From Phoronis australis (Eukaryota; Animalia; Phoronida): 64,000 nt of DNA. The first letter of the stretch is position 1. The number at the start of each line of letters is the position of its first letter. Under the pieces are notes generated by a model, which searched no databases, was not told where the DNA came from, and saw only the letters and a list, made by a program, of their open reading frames with translations. Location: the NCBI GenBank assembly GCA_002633005.1, contig NMRA01000138.1:679963-743962 (forward strand), written 5' to 3'. Below, in pieces: positions 60,863-64,000 of this stretch. The translations under genes were made by a program, and so were the position numbers.

Positions 60863-63587
60863 CTATCTGTACCCTGATCACATCCAATACTTCTACCATC
60901 TCCACCAACACTGTCAGTTCCTGTTGGAATTCTTCAACTCTTTAGAACTCACTTCGGTGACCTAAATTATAATCCACTTGTCTGTCCATTCATTGGATTT
61001 CAAATAAATTATTTAACAGTCTCTGTTAAAACATTACCATTTACCTTGACTAGGAAAAAAATTATGAGATCGTATTGTTCCCAGTCACAAATGTCTGATG
61101 ACAGCACATCATGCAATAAGTTGTTGTGTGGCGGCATTGTTATTAGCTGTTGTATATGCGCTATTTGTTCATTTTGTGCTAGTTGGCTATTGTTCTGCTT
61201 CACCGAGCTCATCATCAATTCTGGTGTTGCTGTCTCTTTTAGTTTTGACAGTGATTCATTCAGTTTATAATATGATCATACATCTTCTTTTTGCAGTACC
61301 CTAGTCGTAGCAGATTGTCTAAACAATTAAGCACAGTTTAAACAGTGCAATGACCTCAAGGATTGCCATTATTTTCTGTCAAAACAAACATCAACTCAGA
61401 TTTGAATACTGCTTCTACAGTTATTGTAGACAATTTATTAACATTTGATAAATTTCCATGTAAGTGAATTACCATAACTCATGTAGTACTGAACGCATTC
61501 ATTACCTTTTCGTTGTGTACTCTTCAAATTCTCATCCTGCTGAGTATATGTTACAGGCAGGGATTTCACATTCTGGCCCACCCTATCACTGTCTCTTACT
61601 TGGAGTCTTACGACAAGGTGATTGGATTTAAGGATGACATCAGTAAAGTTCTCATGGATAAAGGTACGCTCTATTGTTGTTACTAACAATGATTGCTAAC
61701 AATTGATGTCAGGAACTTATTGCTATTGCTTAATTGCAATAATTTGTGAATTATTTTCTTGTCATCATTAAATGTGCAATAAATCCATGCATTGTGTTGT
61801 ACAACAACTTTTCATTGACCAGTTACTGCTTTAAAATTGGTCTCCCCTTATTTCTTCCTCAGATTAGAAAGGTTTCTAAGCTTGAAAAGAACTGAAAATC
61901 AGACCAGCCTTGATAGGTTGACTTGTCACAGCAAGCTTTTTACCCACTGAGTTTGGTTGAAGCAACAGCTAACTGAGTTCCTTTCAAGCCCAGAAGCCAC
62001 TGCTGACCTTAAGAGGTAGTGGTCTCATCAAAAGTTTGTTTCTTTGACGGAAGACGAATGCTGCATCACGAAGACACAGCTTTACAACTGAATGTAATTT
62101 TTTTGTTTCAGACATGATGTCACTAAGTCAGGTGCTTACAGACCTGGAGACAGTTGTATTAAACAAAGAAGATCCAGTCACCCCTCAAATTGAAGAAATG
62201 ACTATCAATATGTGCCAAAGTATGACTTATTCAAGTAGTACACTCAAGCATACTTAGTGCCTTGGGCACTATTTTAAAATCCATTAATTTTAAAGTCATT
62301 GAAAGTAATGAAATATGGCACCACCCAGGAAGTGCTGCTGGCATTCTGTCTAGGCTTATTACAACTATTAAAAATTTACAATAGTGATAAAGAGTGTGAC
62401 AGTTTGCAGTAAGTGTAAAATAATACTTGGGCAATCTATACTTATAGCTAAATGTAGTGTCATTCCACAGAGTTTGTTACAAATGAGGTGTTAGGTGTGA
62501 GTATCGCTTCAGTGTATTCCACACAGCTCTTCGGAATCATTTAAGAGGTGAATTATATCTATTTGACTTCTTGCTTTTAAACTAGTCGAAAATTCCTGAG
62601 TACGGTATGTGTTCTTTGTGCATCTTTGTGTCACGAGACATCTGTGTATGTTGTATTTTTCATGAAATTTAATAAGTTATTTTAGAACTGTCTGTGTTGT
62701 GTGCATTACAGTTATGGACGAGATCTCATCTGTTCTCTCAACCATACTGGCTACAGAGCGTGAGTACCCTGTCTCATCTTTGATGACAGCATCACGTGAC
62801 CAAACGCGAGGACTCAACACTCGCCAGAAGTCTGCCGAGACTCCGCTCAATTTTGACAACATGCCGGAGAGTCGCAGATCGGTGGCTCTTAGTGCCAAGA
62901 GCTTTACTTCGAAAGGATCTGACTTCCAGAATCTGAAGGAACTTCAAGATCAGTTTGACCTTCTGTGAGTATTATTTGTTGTTCAAGTGGATAGCAGTTG
63001 ACAATGTTTGCGCCCAGACAGTAGAAGTTACCATTTTTGTGTTACGGGCTGTCTTTATTTGAAATATTCCCTGATGTGCACATTGCCTAGAAATTTTAGA
63101 TCTGAAATTAAATTGTTTTTGTTCTGAAAACCCCAGCTTTAAGGCAGTATCTTTCATTGAAGTGATGACATGTTTACTTTCAGACAAAGTGCTTTTGCTG
63201 AAGAAAGCAAGAAGAATCAAGATGAACTGAAGTAAGTCACCGTTGACTCTATGTTCCATCTCTCTTGCTTAATTCACTGATGAGACAAAGAATTTATGGA
63301 TATACTGACATACTATTTTTAATGCAATTGCAGTGAAATAGGCTAAAATGTGGGTCAGAAATCTGGCTTGGTTAGGTTTTAGGTGTTGTTATTGATTTAA
63401 ATATTGAATTGACATGATAGAGCATTATTGTACCTGCATCTCTGTGATGTAGGCTACTTTAATCGTGTCGTATATTTTCAGTCGTAATGCGGTGATGATG
63501 ATGGAGATGCAGGAGACCATCCAACATATGCAGAGAGAGTATACACTGTTGCACACAAAGTTCATGCAGTCACAGCCCCTTGAGGAG
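4411..63587 (+). CDS. Spliced gene (38 traced exons, >=1811 aa, 3' end beyond window): large coiled-coil/low-complexity protein with tentative FAM186A/B-like N-terminus
   Basis: All exons listed below have AG/GT boundaries and chain in phase with no stop; summed length is 5433 nt. In-frame TGA at 4381 precedes ATG 4411. Segments rich in E/K/Q/L show heptad character. The locus may be split into two units at intron 25879-36348. Confidence 0.85.
5481..5558 (+). CDS. Exon 2 (IYGNFEMTEQMFQQGNVGRMEYFDDL)
   Basis: ttttcag| ... CTG|gtaagt, phase 0-0. Confidence 0.9.
6843..6887 (+). CDS. Exon 3 (SELEELLRDSIKKKK)
   Basis: cttttcag| ... AAG|gtaagc, phase 0-0. Confidence 0.9.
7025..8051 (+). mobile_element. 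HINE/DINE-1-like non-autonomous Helentron
   Basis: 5' subTIR acttggcgaaat (7029) with an adjacent inverted copy (7043-7054); 3' atttcgccaagt (8014-8025) followed by hairpin cgctcc-tc-ggagcg and a T-run. Confidence 0.75.
8133..9628. mobile_element. Tc1/mariner (pogo-like) MITE with TA target-site duplication, spanning the assembly gap
   Basis: TA|ccgtaaacgttcgggttaacgccc ... gggcgttaacccgaacgtttacgg|TA; repeated gggcg(g/c)ttaa subterminal motifs. Confidence 0.85.
8653..9166. other. Assembly gap (514 N)
   Basis: Run of n; the ORFs across it are artefacts. Confidence 1.
10420..10503 (+). CDS. Exon 4 (YQHQITIFIVGYENVCGQKLKLLQQVND)
   Basis: ttgttacag| ... GAT|gtaagc, phase 0-0. Confidence 0.85.
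11807..12009 (+). CDS. Exon 5 (FFMDTTNKFDDE...YAHNKAGN)
   Basis: ttccag| ... AA|gtaaga, phase 0-2; matches ORF 11813-12013. Confidence 0.9.
12937..12951 (+). CDS. Candidate 15-nt microexon (junction reads K-KAKD-L)
   Basis: tattatttttcatcag|AAAAGCAAAAGACCT|gtaaga; phase 2-2, stop-free; TGCATG at 12982 and 13058. Confidence 0.6.
14352..14433. repeat. Imperfect (TTG)n microsatellite
   Basis: ttgttgttattgttgttg... runs. Confidence 0.8.
15077..15162 (+). CDS. Exon 6 (GRKKLEKALQQAKEDITSLTEKLMQAQQ)
   Basis: tgatag| ... AAG|gtaaca, phase 2-1; coiled coil. Confidence 0.9.
16434..16534 (+). CDS. Exon 7 (DLEDREEKMQHMFKQVEIKNMEIQKYKTAAEVAK)
   Basis: atctag| ... AAG|gtttgt, phase 1-0. Confidence 0.9.
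16535..17507. repeat. About 27-bp minisatellite (gtcatttgtgtgtggctcttgtttgat) starting at the exon 7 donor and interrupted by a MITE
   Basis: About 3 units at 16535-16611 and about 2 units at 17461-17507. Confidence 0.8.
16620..17448. mobile_element. Non-autonomous TIR element with CCC...GGG termini flanked by TA
   Basis: TA|cccactcatccaaggctttac...caggtggcgct versus agcgccacctg...gtaaagccttggatgagtggg|TA. Confidence 0.8.
17140..18620. repeat. 740-bp near-identical direct duplication separated by one N (likely uncollapsed haplotype overlap)
   Basis: 17140-17879 versus 17881-18620 with scattered SNPs; junction is the single n at 17880. Confidence 0.9.
19045..19212 (+). CDS. Exon 8 (RSSGESESIREEMDRKE...KTATVDST)
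   Basis: ttttaccag| ... ACT|gtaagt, phase 0-0. Confidence 0.9.
19811..20220. mobile_element. Palindromic foldback MITE with CACT...AGTG ends and an internal ~27-bp tandem array
   Basis: About 115-bp TIRs (aacactttccat... / ...atggaaagtgtt); core repeats gcagaaatttctgc. Confidence 0.85.
20622..20787. repeat. 31-bp minisatellite x5.3
   Basis: Unit acagtg(t/c)tcaagggactgagtgattgtcatc. Confidence 0.95.
20908..20974 (+). CDS. Exon 9 (SKVKELQEQLQTLQVETAEERR)
   Basis: ctttctccttcag| ... GAG|gtaggt, phase 0-1. Confidence 0.9.
23962..23985 (+). CDS. Candidate 24-nt microexon (VESPPLQE)
   Basis: gtgttattcag|TCGAGTCTCCGCCATTGCAGGAAG|gtatag; phase 1-1, stop-free. Confidence 0.55.
25772..25878 (+). 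CDS. Exon 10 (EFQRFHDSQIEVMHSQQREEIDRLKKEHEDQLKKIM)
   Basis: ttttttgcag| ... ATG|gtcagt, phase 1-0. Confidence 0.9.
27519..29204 (+). mobile_element. Kolobok-type (T2-like) DNA transposon derivative with TTAA target-site duplication and a decayed THAP-finger ORF
   Basis: TTAA|aggaaaatgccacc ... ggtggcatgctcct|TTAA; internal ORF 27688-27921. Confidence 0.8.
27688..27921 (+). pseudogene. Degenerate THAP zinc-finger fragment (MPLCC..FFILPRD..REGL..RVCGL)
   Basis: Follows the THAP pattern C-x-C / F-x-x-P / W-L / RVCxxH, but the second Cys position, the Trp and the His are altered. Confidence 0.6.
29288..29480 (-). mobile_element. Kolobok-like MITE fragment, inverted relative to the 32668 copy
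   Basis: TTAA|agctgcattttgc end; catgcgccattttcaaatctgcaatttta matches the reverse complement of about 32815-32843. Confidence 0.65.
30216..30269 (+). CDS. Candidate alternative terminal exon (VVGYREAVLKLEKDLCK*)
   Basis: T-rich tract + attag|, phase 0 in frame with exon 10; TGA at 30267; ATTAAA 30363 and AATAAA 30369 followed by a GT-rich stretch. Confidence 0.5.
   Translation, partial: VVGYREAVLKLEKDLCK
31430..32480 (+). promoter_or_regulatory. Candidate intronic promoter region
   Basis: CCAAT 31478, ATTGG 31571, TATAA 31603, GACGTCA 31611, X-box-like GTTGATGGTAAC 31503 and GTTATTAGCAAC 32298, YY1-like GGCCATTTT 32318; lies upstream of the candidate first exon. Confidence 0.3.
32540..32614 (+). 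CDS. Candidate alternative first coding exon (MAIQLVQYRDLRSLVDTTAPVFEYE)
   Basis: aggATGG strong Kozak context (second in-frame ATG at 32522; in-frame TGA at 32468); donor GAG|gtatgg, phase 0, joins exon 36349 in frame. Confidence 0.6.
32668..32964 (+). mobile_element. Kolobok-like MITE (~290 bp)
   Basis: TTAA|agctgcaatt ... aaatgcagct|TCAA; related fragment at about 39046-39256 ending gctcct|TTAA. Confidence 0.7.
33009..33103 (+). other. 95-nt long-stem hairpin (tiny CACT-ended MITE or pre-miRNA-like)
   Basis: agtcacttacaggggtctcgcattttgagaaacagtt pairs with aactggttctcaaaatgcgggacgcttgtaagtgact. Confidence 0.7.
35849..36202. mobile_element. Tc1/mariner-type MITE, copy 1
   Basis: TIRs taaaaattctccactttgggaca / tgtcccaaactggagaattttta with TA flanks; internal similarity to the 37594 copy. 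Confidence 0.7.
36349..36399 (+). CDS. Exon 11 (SELEDTKTQLMHAEFRT)
   Basis: ctcaacag| ... ACA|gtgagt, phase 0-0. Confidence 0.85.
37594..37861. mobile_element. Tc1/mariner-type MITE, copy 2
   Basis: tacagtaaacattctcc...tttgggacag / ctgtcccaaattggagaactttatagta; shares aaggt(c/t)gga(a/g)cttgt(a/c)ccaaatt(t/c)tagaaatag with copy 1. Confidence 0.7.
39367..39438 (+). CDS. Exon 12 (NELDIANKKLAEVEKKLSKVEEER)
   Basis: ttttcag| ... AGA|gtaggt, phase 0-0. Confidence 0.9.
41531..41581 (+). CDS. Exon 13 (KELEFAQQQIAHLKEEL)
   Basis: cttttgcag| ... CTA|gtatgt, phase 0-0. Confidence 0.88.
41764..41953. mobile_element. Tandem trimer of a ~55-75-bp miniature TIR element
   Basis: catgggcggcgca...tgagccacccatg; internal junctions tccata-gtc-tatggg; taaat on both flanks. 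Confidence 0.6.
42693..43045 (+). mobile_element. Second, degraded HINE-like element
   Basis: 5' gcacgggaaa with inverted ttgcccgtgc; 3' tttcccgttc plus small ccc-gt-ggg hairpin; locally CpG-rich. Confidence 0.45.
43746..43808 (+). CDS. Exon 14 (VEKQIVEEELRAASQRDTTRQ)
   Basis: tttcag| ... CAG|gtaagt, phase 0-0. Confidence 0.9.
45976..46023 (+). CDS. Exon 15 (SAESGTSEGECSDPST)
   Basis: tttatttag| ... ACT|gtatgt, phase 0-0. Confidence 0.75.
47053..47097 (+). CDS. Exon 16 (TSTSDGSGSESSEES)
   Basis: ttttcaag| (AAG acceptor) ... TCT|gtaagt, phase 0-0. Confidence 0.75.
47541..47852 (+). CDS. Exon 17, basic Lys/Ser/Thr-rich (NVESDADVKK...PGRRLA)
   Basis: cccattcaag| ... GCA|gtatgt, phase 0-0; ORF 47490-47861. 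Confidence 0.8.
48769..48904 (+). CDS. Exon 18 (DNKPVPPRESPPKKKAA...KKNGK)
   Basis: tttattag| ... AGG|gtgagt, phase 0-1. Confidence 0.85.
49581..49726 (+). CDS. Exon 19, acidic (ETQDVSVQDE...ELDDEDSW)
   Basis: tttacag| ... TGG|gtatgt, phase 1-0. Confidence 0.88.
50337..50390 (+). CDS. Exon 20 (MKVPKKQVTGRFKQYRKL)
   Basis: ttgcag| ... TTG|gtgagc, phase 0-0. Confidence 0.85.
50683..50799 (+). CDS. Exon 21 (TRLKLNELMEKL...KKKWEQ)
   Basis: tgtag| ... CAG|gtgagt, phase 0-0. Confidence 0.9.
51294..51413 (+). CDS. Exon 22 (ERNVLIEQVEQAQKLQLEAE...EQESL)
   Basis: cacgtag| ... CTG|gtcagt, phase 0-0. Confidence 0.9.
51742..51903 (+). CDS. Exon 23 (EKEEDDKRKELLQK...QTDDAK)
   Basis: ttctag| ... AAG|gtattg, phase 0-0. 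Confidence 0.9.
52284..52553 (+). CDS. Exon 24, Ser/Thr-rich (SQRIQSGASS...TAVEDE)
   Basis: cctcccacag| ... GAG|gtagcg, phase 0-0. Confidence 0.85.
53814..53888 (+). CDS. Exon 25 (AADLTQRLSDSGKMSAAAVAAASEQ)
   Basis: tttgtag| ... CAG|gtgaga, phase 0-0. Confidence 0.88.
53889..53960. repeat. 18-bp x4 perfect tandem repeat starting at the exon 25 donor
   Basis: (gtgagaatgatgtcagtt)4. Confidence 0.95.
54247..54900 (+). CDS. Exon 26 (NNEDTINGRR...QKGTE), includes a helical domain
   Basis: atctag|; 218 open codons (ORF 54385-54990); donor GAG|gttggc, with a second in-frame donor possible after 54921. Confidence 0.85.
55386..55679 (+). CDS. Exon 27 (LETGLTDVEKNQ...AVPSE)
   Basis: cattttag| ... 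GAG|gtatta, phase 0-0. Confidence 0.85.
55968..56033 (+). CDS. Exon 28 (LQRKVSGLDNDLRRSVYDNDVF)
   Basis: cttttcag| ... TTT|gtaacg (weak donor), phase 0-0. Confidence 0.6.
56710..56860. repeat. 22-bp x6.9 perfect minisatellite
   Basis: (gccacgtcatgttcaactcatg)n. Confidence 0.95.
56959..57588 (+). CDS. Exon 29 (LEVTSSVSS...KSVRF...FRGNK)
   Basis: tttcttttcag| ... AAG|gtattt, phase 0-0; ORF 56965-57606. Confidence 0.8.
58254..58479 (+). CDS. Exon 30 (MRLSIHGQTEEE...PEDVR)
   Basis: ctgcag| ... GAG|gtattg, phase 0-1. Confidence 0.88.
59384..59456 (+). CDS. Exon 31 (EIGTSPPPGTDNRLKSRETSFVKP)
   Basis: ttttttcag| ... AAG|gtatga, phase 1-2. Confidence 0.88.
59618..59656 (+). CDS. Exon 32, 39 nt (SLPYIEEKDDAV)
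   Basis: pyrimidine tract + cacaag| (AAG acceptor) ... CAG|gtaatt, phase 2-2. Confidence 0.7.
60392..60412 (+). CDS. Exon 33, 21-nt microexon (EEDLED)
   Basis: cactatag|TGAGGAAGACTTAGAGGACTG|gtaaat, phase 2-2; TGCATG on both sides. Confidence 0.65.
60605..60862. repeat. (CAT/CAC)n compound microsatellite
   Basis: catcatcaccac runs; source of the poly-His/Ser/Ile ORFs at 60465-60965. Confidence 0.9.
61557..61663 (+). CDS. Exon 34 (QGFHILAHPITVSYLESYDKVIGFKDDISKVLMDK)
   Basis: ttacag| ... AAG|gtacgc, phase 2-1. Confidence 0.9.
62112..62219 (+). CDS. Exon 35 (DMMSLSQVLTDLETVVLNKEDPVTPQIEEMTINMCQ)
   Basis: tgtttcag| ... AAA|gtatga, phase 1-1. Confidence 0.88.
62712..62964 (+). CDS. Exon 36 (MDEISSVLSTIL...ELQDQFDL)
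   Basis: ttacag| ... TCT|gtgagt, phase 1-2. Confidence 0.9.
63184..63231 (+). CDS. Exon 37 (QSAFAEESKKNQDEL)
   Basis: ctttcag| ... GAA|gtaagt, phase 2-2. Confidence 0.88.
63482..63587 (+). CDS. Exon 38 (RNAVMMMEMQETIQHMQREYTLLHTKFMQSQPLEE); gene continues beyond window
   Basis: ttttcag| ... GAG|gtcagt, phase 2-0. Confidence 0.88.
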
Positions 63588-64000
63588 GTCAGTGGAGAGG
63601 GGGGGAGAGGGAGAGGGGAAAGAGGGAGTTAGAGAGTGAGAAGGGGAGAGTATACACTGTTGCATACCAAGTTTATGCAGCCTCCTGAAGAGGTCAGTAG
63701 TGAGGGGGAGAGGGGTAGCGTATGTGTTACTACACACCAAGGTCATACATTCACAGCATGACGAACCTATCCCTGCTGAAAATTCAAGCCAAAACCCAAT
63801 TAGAATTGTTAACTGAAGCGCAAGTTTCAATTACCCCATTCCCTGCCAACACAATAGAGAGCCAGCTGGCTGGCCTGCCTCAGTTAAGATGGCGTCATAA
63901 AATTCTCCAACTGAATAGGACTACTTGTGACCTTCTTTTTGACCTGGATTTTCATATGGAGGAACCAGAAACCTGTTATATGGTAGTTACATTGGCTGAG

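Noticed and set aside
60465-60965. Poly-His/Pro-Ser/Ile ORFs resembling a membrane or metal-binding protein
   Set aside because: A CAT/CAC microsatellite is open in several frames by composition; there are no matching splice sites.

Overview
AT-rich animal genomic DNA, probably from an invertebrate, with a 514-nt N gap at 8653-9166 and a single N at 17880. The window is almost entirely one large + strand intron-rich locus. I traced 38 GT-AG exons by hand from ATG 4411 to 63587. Their phases chain into an uninterrupted frame of 5433 nt (1811 codons) that continues past the window end. The protein is a long coiled coil with Ser/Thr/charged low-complexity linkers. From memory, its N-terminus resembles the FAM186A/B N-terminal region (unverified). 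It also carries a PP1-docking RVxF motif and an apparently duplicated, unannotated helical domain. The most notable structure lies in the 10.5-kb intron 25879-36348. It holds an in-frame alternative last exon with poly(A) signals (30216-30269), a promoter-like stretch, and an in-frame alternative first exon (32540-32614), all bracketed by inverted copies of one Kolobok-type MITE. The locus could therefore make an N-half protein, a C-half protein and a full-length fusion, or it could be two genes. There are also several frame-preserving candidate microexons near TGCATG motifs and repeated tandem duplications at 5' splice sites. The introns hold many non-autonomous DNA transposons: a Kolobok with a decayed THAP finger, Helentron-type HINEs, Tc1/pogo MITEs and foldback elements. 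All calls are by eye; no database search or expression data was available.
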